Shown in pieces: positions 19,139-27,324 of a DNA stretch of 64,000 bases. Made by a program: the position numbers and the translations under genes. The stretch comes from a virus, in IMG/VR virus record IMGVR_UViG_3300011972_000003, positions 1 through 64,000 of that record; one strand, written 5' to 3'. Under the pieces are notes generated by a model, which was given only the letters and a program-made list of their open reading frames with translations, searched no databases and was not told the origin of the DNA. The first letter of the stretch is position 1, and each line of letters begins with the position of its first letter.

Positions 19139-20137
19139 ATGATTTTAAGTATCGACTGTGGGTACGGACACTTTAAGTACTGTATCTACGATGAAAAAAC
19201 AAGTAAAATTATTAAGTTAGATAAAGAGGTTACAGGTGTGATAGAGGTGCCAGAAGGAGATTCATCCATGGTTACCTCTGTTGCAACCTACCACCACTTC
19301 GATGGAAAAAGGTATTTAGTGGGTGAGCTGGCGACAAAACTAGACCGGCTCCCTATTGATACTTTAACTTACGAAGGATTCAAGGAGGTAGGACCAATAC
19401 TAATCTCTTATCTACTTAACAAATTCCAATCAGAAGGTATTGAAAAGATCGCTTTGGGGTTGACCCCCGTGATCTGGGATAAGCGTGAAGATTACAAAAG
19501 CTATATCTTAGAGAAACTTAATTTGCCTTCCGAAAAGATAGATATTCATGTTCAAGGTCTTTCAGGTCACGCTACTTATTCACAGTACGGACTAGATATA
19601 AACCCTGATGGAAAAATCTCTATGGAAGCTAAATCTGCTAACTATTTTGGACTGGACGTTGGGTTTAATACAATAGACACTTACCTTGTTTTAAATAACT
19701 CTCTCCTCGATTATGGGATTAAAGGGTTTGCAAATAAAGGTGTAGTTCTTGTAGCAAATAAAATTAAAACCCATATCTTTGAACACCTTGGAATCTCTAT
19801 AAATGATGTTGAAGCTAAGGAAGTGGTAACGATGGGAGGTTATAAGAAGAGAGGTAAGTTCCACGATTTATCAGACAAGATCACTGAGTTTATCGTAGAG
19901 TACCTAACTTCAACCTTCAATATGTTAGAGGAGGAGTATGGAGATCAGTTTAACAAAGTAGATAATATTCTTCTATTTGGTGGAGGAGCTGAGATAATTA
20001 AGATCTACATGGAGAAGTCAGACGTTATTAGAAAAACAATAGCTGACCTTTATGGAGATGAGTTCCTATTACTACCAAAAGATAAAGCAGAGTATTACAA
20101 CACAATCGGATATTCACTATTAAGCAGCAAGAAATAA
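19139..20137 (+). CDS. actin-like ATPase (ParM/Alp family)
   Basis: Phosphate-1 motif ILSIDCGYGHFKY. Phosphate-2 motif YFGLDVGFNTIDTYLV. Adenosine motif ILLFGGGAEII. C-terminal connect-2 motif IGYSLL. Confidence 0.6.
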   Translation: MILSIDCGYGHFKYCIYDEKTSKIIKLDKEVTGVIEVPEGDSSMVTSVATYHHFDGKRYLVGELATKLDRLPIDTLTYEGFKEVGPILISYLLNKFQSEGIEKIALGLTPVIWDKREDYKSYILEKLNLPSEKIDIHVQGLSGHATYSQYGLDINPDGKISMEAKSANYFGLDVGFNTIDTYLVLNNSLLDYGIKGFANKGVVLVANKIKTHIFEHLGISINDVEAKEVVTMGGYKKRGKFHDLSDKITEFIVEYLTSTFNMLEEEYGDQFNKVDNILLFGGGAEIIKIYMEKSDVIRKTIADLYGDEFLLLPKDKAEYYNTIGYSLLSSKK

Positions 20138-20138
20138 G

Positions 20139-20702
20139 ATGAAGACAGTAACATTTGTACACACCTCAGATGAATTAGTTTTAGAGGCAGTAAAGAAAGC
20201 ACTATCAGAAGGGTATGGTAAGGAGTTTGACAATATACTAATCACATCCGAAGAACTACCTGAACCTGAAGAGAATTTCCTAAAGACCCAGTGCATCCAG
20301 TTTCAAGTTAAGAGAGATGTAGAGGCTATGATTTCAGCTGATACTATTATAATTGACACAAACGACTGGAACCCTTATACTTGGTTTACTTTAGGAATGG
20401 CTTATAGAGTGGCTTGGCTTAAGAATAGAAAAGAGCTGATTACTGTTGGAGAGCATAGCATAAGTGAAATCCAAAAGTACCTAGAAGAGTGGAATGATGT
20501 ATATAAGAACTGGGTAAATGGAAATCCTGTAGAGTTTAAGTTTGATGTTAATAGAGCTTCAGATGTTCTTGCTTGGGTTAGACTTGGATACCTTTGGGGA
20601 GATGTAAATAATAACTACCATATTGTATCTAAACTTGTAGGAGACCCTCAGCCTAGTGACTATATTATTAAGTTCTTATCAACCGATGTAGCTTATGAAT
20701 AA
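20139..20702 (+). CDS. hypothetical protein (187 aa)
   Basis: ORF immediately downstream of the actin-like gene. A weak Rossmann-like pattern is present (ADTIIIDTNDW..TLGMAY). Confidence 0.45.
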   Translation: MKTVTFVHTSDELVLEAVKKALSEGYGKEFDNILITSEELPEPEENFLKTQCIQFQVKRDVEAMISADTIIIDTNDWNPYTWFTLGMAYRVAWLKNRKELITVGEHSISEIQKYLEEWNDVYKNWVNGNPVEFKFDVNRASDVLAWVRLGYLWGDVNNNYHIVSKLVGDPQPSDYIIKFLSTDVAYE

Positions 20703-21534
20703 TATGTTTGAGTTTCTGATTAAAAAGTTACATGTCATTAAGTTAGTTGTTTTAGCTCTCATTATTGCAGTAGTGTGGTATGGGTATAGGAGTATGGTGA
20801 GAGTAGAGCCTAACTATGAAGGTGTAATGATGTCTAACTTTGGAAGGAACGGGAAATCTGATTTTAATGTGGTAACAGGGAGACAATGGACTCTACTGCC
20901 TGGAACAAGATTATACCAAGTGCCTATGTTTGAGACTTCAGGGGATCCAGATCAGGTTACTATTTCAGCTAAAGATGCAGGAGTATTTACAGTTGACCCT
21001 TCTTACCAGTATCAGCCAATTAGAGGTAGAGGTGTAGATATTGTATTTAGTTATAAGCATCTTGGAGTGGAGGACCCTAAAGTTATGCTGGATAATGTAG
21101 AGGTCTCAATCTTAAACAAACTCGTAGTAAATGCCTATAGAGAAGAAGCTAGAGAGTATACTACAGATGGGCTGATGAATAACCTGAATGAGTTTGAAAA
21201 GAAAGTAGAGAATAGACTTAAGAAGGACTTTGAGGCTAAACACTTTCAACTAACCAATCTAACTTCTGGACTTAAACCTCCTAAATCAATGGAAGACGCT
21301 ATCGAAAGGAGAAACAACATGATCCTAGAGAAAGAGAAAGTTCAGAACGAGTTGGAGGTTTCTAAAATGAATCTGGAGAAAGCTAGGATAGAAGCTGAAA
21401 CAAATAAGGTTAAATCCAAAGGCCTAGATGAAAAGCTACTACAAGAAAAATGGATAGACGCTATTAGAGAGACTGAAAATAAGGTGATCATTACAGACGG
21501 AAAAGTCCCTGCACCTATAATTATAAAAGAGTAA
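20695..21534 (+). CDS. SPFH/Band-7 (prohibitin/HflK-like) membrane protein
   Basis: N-terminal TM segment LVVLALIIAVVWYGY. The SPFH-like core runs from GVMMSNFGR to HFQLTNLTSGLKPPKSMEDAIERRNN, which resembles GITLLDVNFQAARPPEEVKAAFDDAI. A C-terminal coiled coil follows. Confidence 0.6.
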   Translation: MNNMFEFLIKKLHVIKLVVLALIIAVVWYGYRSMVRVEPNYEGVMMSNFGRNGKSDFNVVTGRQWTLLPGTRLYQVPMFETSGDPDQVTISAKDAGVFTVDPSYQYQPIRGRGVDIVFSYKHLGVEDPKVMLDNVEVSILNKLVVNAYREEAREYTTDGLMNNLNEFEKKVENRLKKDFEAKHFQLTNLTSGLKPPKSMEDAIERRNNMILEKEKVQNELEVSKMNLEKARIEAETNKVKSKGLDEKLLQEKWIDAIRETENKVIITDGKVPAPIIIKE

Positions 21535-21542
21535 AGAAAAAG

Positions 21543-21728
21543 ATGAACAACCAGACTAAAATATATCTCCTACTGTTTGCCATAATCCTGAATATACTTC
21601 TCATTGGTTACGGTTTTAATTATCGGCCAGCAGTAGGAATGGTTGTCTTCGTTTTAGCAATATTAATCTGGAGTTATTTCCCTTATGACAAATATTTTAA
21701 CGAATGGAACAAACGGAAAGAAGAATAG
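21543..21728 (+). CDS. small two-TM membrane protein (61 aa)
   Basis: Two hydrophobic helices. It overlaps the next gene. Confidence 0.4.
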   Translation: MNNQTKIYLLLFAIILNILLIGYGFNYRPAVGMVVFVLAILIWSYFPYDKYFNEWNKRKEE

Positions 21729-22768
21729 TTGATCATTACGAGGATATAAAGTTTGACTTACACTACCCTCACTACTTCAGCTATAGTTACGTCGGTACCC
21801 CCATTACAGTTAGGTATAAGGAGGGACAGTTAATTAAATCCTCACCTATGGACAAAGAACTCACAGAAAGTTTACCTAAAGAAGTCAATCCCGCTATTAC
21901 AAGGTTAAAGTGTATGTTAGTGGAAAATAGGCTTGTTACAGGAGATTTTAGGGTTATTGTCTATGATATATCTGTGAACTCAAAATTAGGGGTTAAATAC
22001 GGATTCCTTGAGAGCCTAAGACCTATGAGTAATGATAAGTTTTGTGTAGGTGAAATATTTGGATTCCTCACTGACACACTTATAAAACCCACCATAGTTA
22101 AGATAAGAGATTGGGAAGGATTTGAAGCTCGTATAGATGGGTTATGGCACTTTGGAGAGGAAGAGTTTATTTACAGTCTTAAGGAGAGAAAACTATTAGA
22201 TGTAGAAGTAGAAGGACTTAGCGTAACTCTCCAGTACGACCACGAGAAAGATATGCTTATTCCTCACTTAAATATAGCTGGGGATAGGATTGGTGGTAAG
22301 TGGACTAGATTGGTAGAAGTTAAAGCGAATGACGTAGCTAAGAAAGGAGTAACCAAAGGGTGTAAGCTTATAGTAGATTGTAACGCTGACATTGTGAACA
22401 TACTAGAAAAGGGTGAACCTGAAGATATAGTATGTAAATGTGGAACTAAGCTTGGTAAAGAAGATGTTATAGGTAATTATTTCAAGTGTAGTAATGAAGA
22501 GTGTCAGCAAAGTTGTAACTCTCTTATGTCGATGTATATGGGGAGAACAATAGACTCTGAGTACTTCTTTAAGCTTCTAAGGCTGCCTAACTTTAAGTTC
22601 AAAACCCGAGTAAAAGAAACTTGGTGCCTCTCAGATCAATTAGCTATAAAAGATTTCGAGAGTTACCTTAGATATTTGAAACAAGGAACGAACTTAACAA
22701 AGGCACAAGAGAAAGCAATAGAAATAAACGCACTTAGATTGTATAACTTGCTAAATGATGATGATTAA
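21704..22768 (+). CDS. hypothetical protein with C-terminal Cys-rich zinc-ribbon-like motif
   Basis: CKCGTKLGK...CSNEECQQSC. Confidence 0.45.
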   Translation: MEQTERRIVDHYEDIKFDLHYPHYFSYSYVGTPITVRYKEGQLIKSSPMDKELTESLPKEVNPAITRLKCMLVENRLVTGDFRVIVYDISVNSKLGVKYGFLESLRPMSNDKFCVGEIFGFLTDTLIKPTIVKIRDWEGFEARIDGLWHFGEEEFIYSLKERKLLDVEVEGLSVTLQYDHEKDMLIPHLNIAGDRIGGKWTRLVEVKANDVAKKGVTKGCKLIVDCNADIVNILEKGEPEDIVCKCGTKLGKEDVIGNYFKCSNEECQQSCNSLMSMYMGRTIDSEYFFKLLRLPNFKFKTRVKETWCLSDQLAIKDFESYLRYLKQGTNLTKAQEKAIEINALRLYNLLNDDD

Positions 22769-23267
22769 ATTACCAGACATAGAACTTCCAGATAAGAATA
22801 TAGAACCGAGGGAGCTTGTAGATTACGCAATACACAAAGGTTTTAAAGTAGAGGTAGATGAGGATTCTTTTGAGGTTAAGTTAGTGTGTAATAAGGTAAC
22901 AGAAGTATATCTCCTAAACCCAATAATTAATAGATACAGCAAGATATATGTAGAGGGAGATGGGAAGCAGAGAGTTAGGTTTGCAAGTTTGTTTTACCTA
23001 GTAGATGCTCCTGTTATAGTCCTGTCTCATATGCTGTCTATTTTAATCTTAGGGATCTCTATCTTCTTATCAGGTAATATAGCAGGATTTAGTTTGATAG
23101 GGGTGGTGGTGATACTAGTTACTTTGGCAGATTACGGCTGGAGAAACCACAAGATGACTAGGGTAACTAAACCTCTATGGATCTATAAAAATTTGATGAT
23201 AAGTATTTCCCTGACATTAATTTGGATGAGTATACTTTTTAGAGCTGTAACAATAATAGAAATGTGA
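22755..23267 (+). CDS. membrane protein (C-terminal multi-TM)
   Basis: Hydrophobic segments LSHMLSILILGISIFLSG and LIGVVVILVTLADY. Confidence 0.45.
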   Translation: MMMIKLPDIELPDKNIEPRELVDYAIHKGFKVEVDEDSFEVKLVCNKVTEVYLLNPIINRYSKIYVEGDGKQRVRFASLFYLVDAPVIVLSHMLSILILGISIFLSGNIAGFSLIGVVVILVTLADYGWRNHKMTRVTKPLWIYKNLMISISLTLIWMSILFRAVTIIEM

Positions 23268-23268
23268 A

Positions 23269-23766
23269 ATGACAAAGATAATAATCAAAAAGAGGGAGGT
23301 ATTGCTTGGAGTAGTGAGCGTATCTTCAGAGGATTTTAGAGATGCTGATAAAGTTGATGCTCTAATTAAAAACAAACTACTCGATAAAATAAGTAAACAG
23401 ACTCCAACTTTTAGTACAATTCAGGAGTTATTCTTACACTATTGGAATGCTTATGGACTTGAAGTATTCCCGTTAGACATTGAAGGAGAATTAGAGCTTG
23501 TAGATGATATGACTTATGGGCTTGTTAGATTTCCACTAGATAATAACGGTATACAGAAAGGAATAATAAGACCATACCAAGCAGGAGGAGTAGCTGAATT
23601 AGGGAAAGTAGTATTAGATTATATGTATATCCCTTCAGAAGACTTTTTATCAGGTATTTCAGAGATGAGCTTAGATTTACCACTGAGAACTGCTGAGGTT
23701 GAGAATATGACTGAGTACTTAAGAACAAGAGGAGTAAATATAGAAATTGTGAACTACCATGAATAA
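23269..23766 (+). CDS. hypothetical protein (165 aa)
   Basis: ORF only. Confidence 0.4.
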   Translation: MTKIIIKKREVLLGVVSVSSEDFRDADKVDALIKNKLLDKISKQTPTFSTIQELFLHYWNAYGLEVFPLDIEGELELVDDMTYGLVRFPLDNNGIQKGIIRPYQAGGVAELGKVVLDYMYIPSEDFLSGISEMSLDLPLRTAEVENMTEYLRTRGVNIEIVNYHE

Positions 23767-24283
23767 GTATCTAATAATAAGCCACTATAACGGACTAGAA
23801 TCTGATGGGGCTATAATAAAGATTGAAGAAGGAGAATCTACATTAAACCACCTTATAGAGTACATTTCAGACAGGGAGGATTTAATGGGACAGACGAGAC
23901 CTTATATCGATGCATTCAAACTTAAGGAACTAGACGAGAGCGGAGCGTTTAACTCTATAACTCTTGCAATGGCTCCTTATGGTTTTCAAGTAGTATCTGT
24001 TAATTATGAAGGAGAGATTGAAGATGACAGAGAAGACAAATGGGTAGTAATCGATAATGAGAATAACGTAAAATTCATAACTACAGATAACATTGACCAA
24101 GAAGAGTTAGTGAAATTTGTTACTGTTATGTTGAGTTCTCTAAAGGTTTCTAAGACTATACTGAACAAAGAGGTGGAGAGAGTGAGAGCTAATAGTGACA
24201 TTCTTAACATCGATACACTTTCAGGATTAGGTATTATTAACTCTTTATTGTTTACTCATGGTTTTAGATCATTCTTTTGTTAG
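23759..24283 (+). CDS. hypothetical protein (174 aa)
   Basis: ORF only. Confidence 0.4.
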   Translation: MNKYLIISHYNGLESDGAIIKIEEGESTLNHLIEYISDREDLMGQTRPYIDAFKLKELDESGAFNSITLAMAPYGFQVVSVNYEGEIEDDREDKWVVIDNENNVKFITTDNIDQEELVKFVTVMLSSLKVSKTILNKEVERVRANSDILNIDTLSGLGIINSLLFTHGFRSFFC

Positions 24284-24674
24284 TGCAGCAGCCAAGATAG
24301 GAGATGGGTTATATGGTAAAGGGTTTTTGAGATTAGAGATTATAAATGGGCAGTATATGCTTGTAGGGGAAGGGGTTATAAACGTAGATCATCTTATCAG
24401 GAGGTTTACAAGAGTTAAGACAAGTAAAGCTGTTTTAGCTCCTAGTGATACCTTTGCTTTATATACAGGTCTTAAGAATCTCATTGACTATTATAACCTA
24501 AGCATGACAGACGGTAAATTCTCTAATGACCTACTGATAAATCCAACAGAAAAGGGAATGGAGGTTTATGCGTTCATGAAAGATAGAGTGGAATTAGTAT
24601 GCAAATTAGAGTTCTTTTCTTCGGAGAGTTCTTTTATGATGTGGTTACTAAAGAAGCTAGGTAAACTTGATTAA
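24258..24674 (+). CDS. hypothetical protein (138 aa)
   Basis: ORF only. Last gene of the plus-strand block. Confidence 0.4.
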   Translation: MVLDHSFVSAAAKIGDGLYGKGFLRLEIINGQYMLVGEGVINVDHLIRRFTRVKTSKAVLAPSDTFALYTGLKNLIDYYNLSMTDGKFSNDLLINPTEKGMEVYAFMKDRVELVCKLEFFSSESSFMMWLLKKLGKLD

Positions 24675-24689
24675 ATTAAAGACAAAAAT

Positions 24690-24748
24690 AGGGAGCAGCC
24701 CGGGGTTAAATTTCCTCAGGTTGCTCCCTTTAACTTTATTTTTTTTTT
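24690..24748. terminator. bidirectional intrinsic terminator between convergent gene blocks
   Basis: Hairpin AGGGAGCAgcc-[loop]-ggTTGCTCCCT (24690..24729) followed by TTAACTTTATTTTTTTTTT. It sits between the last plus-strand gene (ends 24674) and the endolysin stop (24753). Confidence 0.5.
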
Positions 24749-24752
24749 CGCC

Positions 24753-25235
24753 TTAGATGCTCACGTACGGCGTCTTTTGAACTTTATATTTGCTTTGTAG
24801 AGATGAAATAGTCTGTCCAAAAGTCTTCTGAAAGTGCGGCATATCTCTGAATCTCCAGTTTCCTCCCCATTCCCATCCATACTTCTTAAATATAGCAACA
24901 ATCTCTAGCCAATCAGCCACACCATCTTTATCTGAATCCATATTAGCGTCCCAACTTACCTTTGTTCCGTCTTTTGATAGTAAGCAGATATCGATAGCAA
25001 GACCGTAGTTATGATATGATTGACCTCCTCTTGCATTAGTTACGATAGATCCTTTTACAGTTCTGCCTTGTGCATAAAGTTTGTCTTGTTCTGCGTGCGT
25101 TCTAAGTGTATGAGTAAATCTTAAAGTGTAGTCACCAGTAAGTTTAGCTGATGCTTCTTCTAAGATTTGTTTTGCTTCTGTTCTCAATTTAGGATGTAGA
25201 AGCTCTATTCTTTGTAGTGATACTTTGTCTAACAT
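24753..25235 (-). CDS. endolysin, peptidase M15 (VanY / L-alanyl-D-glutamate peptidase-like)
   Basis: SYHNYGLAIDI matches SxHxxGxAxD, and DMPHFQ matches the zinc-ligand motifs of the LAS/M15 family. Confidence 0.75.
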   Translation of the reverse strand: MLDKVSLQRIELLHPKLRTEAKQILEEASAKLTGDYTLRFTHTLRTHAEQDKLYAQGRTVKGSIVTNARGGQSYHNYGLAIDICLLSKDGTKVSWDANMDSDKDGVADWLEIVAIFKKYGWEWGGNWRFRDMPHFQKTFGQTISSLQSKYKVQKTPYVSI

Positions 25236-25238
25236 TGA

Positions 25239-25820
25239 TTATAGGTATTTTTTGAATTTAGTCCTTATAACCCAGATACTTCCAGCAATAAGGATAAGTA
25301 TAATAAGAATCCACCAAGGGAAAGACCGATTATCTGCATCTACCTTCTTGACTCGCTCGTGGGATTTATTTTCCGTATCTTTCTTAATTTTAACTTCTCC
25401 TTGAGCCTTCTTATTTACTTTATTTAGGCTGTCTATTTTTCTTTCTTCTTTTGTCTCTACTGCTTTATCTGTGGTTTTATTAGAGTTTACATTAGAGATA
25501 GTTCCATTCTTTACTTTACCTTTATAGAGCTTATCATTAACATATACTTCAAATTCAGCTTCCTCATTCTCGTTAATTGGAGTAAAGTAGAATTCGTCCG
25601 TGTTAATAAGTTCTTTTAGGTTCACCACTTCTTTCTTCTCCTCTACAACTTTATTTTTAACTACTGCTGCAGAGTCTACTTTCATCGAGGATACTGAATC
25701 AACCTTTTCTACGATTTCTTCTTTCTTCTCCTCCTTAAGCACCTTACGAGTTCCACATGATGTTAGGGCTAAAAGTAAGGCTACCATTAAACTAAGATAA
25801 GTACACTTTTTCATTGTCAA
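25239..25820 (-). CDS. candidate unimolecular spanin (N-terminal lipoprotein signal + C-terminal TMD)
   Basis: Lipobox MTMKKCTYLSLMVALLLALTSC. C-terminal TM segment FPWWILIILILIAGSIWVI. Directly upstream of the endolysin. Confidence 0.5.
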   Translation of the reverse strand: MTMKKCTYLSLMVALLLALTSCGTRKVLKEEKKEEIVEKVDSVSSMKVDSAAVVKNKVVEEKKEVVNLKELINTDEFYFTPINENEEAEFEVYVNDKLYKGKVKNGTISNVNSNKTTDKAVETKEERKIDSLNKVNKKAQGEVKIKKDTENKSHERVKKVDADNRSFPWWILIILILIAGSIWVIRTKFKKYL

Positions 25821-26295
25821 CTATTATAAATTTTCGTATATGACCTAAATAATACTCCTCTAAGACTAAAATGTATCTAGAGTGTGTAGCTCCTGCAGTA
25901 AGATTATCTACCCCTTGTTTATGCTGATCTGGTAAATTGCTCTGTCTGTGGTCGTCTTTTTTAGGTATTTTATTTTTCACCATCTCCAGAGCCTTAAGAA
26001 ACTTTGAGAAATCTTGGTTAGCCAGCTTAGTTAGTTTCTGTTCTATTCCGGCTACGATTTTCTTTTGTTTGTAATGCTCCTTTTTGATTTCCTTGTTTAG
26101 TGAGTCGATCTTTGCTTGGTTATCTAGAATCTGCAAAACATCGTCTCTTACTTCCTTAGGTACTATTAGAGAGTCTCCATCTTTCATCACTAATACTACC
26201 TTGTCACCTTCTTTAACTTCTAATTCTTTGCTCGTATCTTGTGCACTGCTAGTAAACGGTAAACACATAAGTAGAGCCATTATATTTTTCCACAT
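25792..26295 (-). CDS. secreted or periplasmic protein (167 aa)
   Basis: Cleavable signal peptide MWKNIMALLMCLPFTSSAQD. Confidence 0.45.
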   Translation of the reverse strand: MWKNIMALLMCLPFTSSAQDTSKELEVKEGDKVVLVMKDGDSLIVPKEVRDDVLQILDNQAKIDSLNKEIKKEHYKQKKIVAGIEQKLTKLANQDFSKFLKALEMVKNKIPKKDDHRQSNLPDQHKQGVDNLTAGATHSRYILVLEEYYLGHIRKFIIVDNEKVYLS

Positions 26296-26299
26296 AAGC

Positions 26300-26710
26300 C
26301 TATTTAATTAATTTATTCACGTTAGTATCCACCTGTTCGTATTGATCTGTTATTTCTTTACTTTTCTCGAGTCCACCTTGTACATTCTCTATTTGGGTTG
26401 TTTGAGCTTGTTGTAGTCGGTGGATAAGTTTGATGTAGACCTCTAGCTCCTCGGCACAATCCTTCTTATCTAATTCTGCTATATGTTTATCCTTCTCTTT
26501 AAGTCTGTCTTCGTAGGTACCTTTGCCCCAAACTATAATACCTATGAGACAGATTACGAGAACAACTAGAAGCCACTTTTGAATATTGTCCGGAAGATCG
26601 ATACCACCTAAACCTTGATTGCTTAGTTCACCACCAGAAGATCTTTCATCTCCGTTTTCCTCTGGTATTTGGTATTCTTCTTCCATCATGTCGTTTTTAT
26701 ATTCTTTCAT
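26300..26710 (-). CDS. single-TM protein with periplasmic coiled coil (i-spanin-like or holin-associated)
   Basis: Acidic N-terminus. TM segment WLLVVLVICLIGIIVW. Coiled-coil C-terminal region. Confidence 0.4.
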   Translation of the reverse strand: MKEYKNDMMEEEYQIPEENGDERSSGGELSNQGLGGIDLPDNIQKWLLVVLVICLIGIIVWGKGTYEDRLKEKDKHIAELDKKDCAEELEVYIKLIHRLQQAQTTQIENVQGGLEKSKEITDQYEQVDTNVNKLIK

Positions 26711-26713
26711 TTC

Positions 26714-27271
26714 CTAATCTCTTACTTCTTTAGATTCATTTTCCTCACATATATTCTTTACGTCTAATCCTGCAACTCCTATGACTAAACTACCAGCTTT
26801 TCGTTTCCACTTATAGGTTACCTTCCCCTCCATCTCGTCTGTAAAAATCATATAATCCCTGTCAGAGCTTAGGAGTAATTTATCGTGAGCCACATACTTC
26901 TTTGCTGCCTCTTCCCCAAAAAGGTCAACATCAGATTTGTCTATTACGTCTGTTACGCCATACTCATGCTCAAAAGATTTATTAACGTAGATGTAGTAAC
27001 CTTGTTTATCCTTAAGCCAGTAAGAAAAGGGTGAGTCCCAAGATGAAGATTCTAAGAGGGTTAATAGTTTCTCCTTCTCAGACATCTCTTCCCTTAGACG
27101 TTCTACCTTATTGTTGAGCTTAGTGATATCGTGTCGTTGCATATTGATGATGTTGATATACTCGTTACTCTTACTTTGTTTAGTCTGTATGAGGTATTTA
27201 AATATATAACCTAAGAGTATACCTCCCCCTCCCGTTATTAAAATATTCACTAAGTCCATTTCGTTATTCAT
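26714..27271 (-). CDS. membrane protein with N-terminal TMD and large C-terminal domain (holin candidate, T4 T-like topology)
   Basis: TM segment LVNILITGGGGILLGYIFKYLI at residues about 8–30. Located in the lysis cassette. Confidence 0.35.
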   Translation of the reverse strand: MNNEMDLVNILITGGGGILLGYIFKYLIQTKQSKSNEYINIINMQRHDITKLNNKVERLREEMSEKEKLLTLLESSSWDSPFSYWLKDKQGYYIYVNKSFEHEYGVTDVIDKSDVDLFGEEAAKKYVAHDKLLLSSDRDYMIFTDEMEGKVTYKWKRKAGSLVIGVAGLDVKNICEENESKEVRD

Positions 27272-27324
27272 ATTTGGTTAGACAGGAGAGAGATTTTTGT
27301 TCTCCCTCTCGCTGTGCTTGTTGT

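Noticed and set aside
20139-20702. A possible nucleoside 2-deoxyribosyltransferase-like or SLOG Rossmann protein, based on ADTIIIDTNDW..TWFTLGMAY.
   Set aside because: The N-terminal glycine-rich motif of that family is absent. A single short pattern match is insufficient.
21704-22768. A possible ATP-dependent DNA ligase, based on the ..EARIDGLWHF.. segment and the C-terminal zinc ribbon.
   Set aside because: No lysine at the KxDGxR position and no other ligase motifs were found. The resemblance is superficial.
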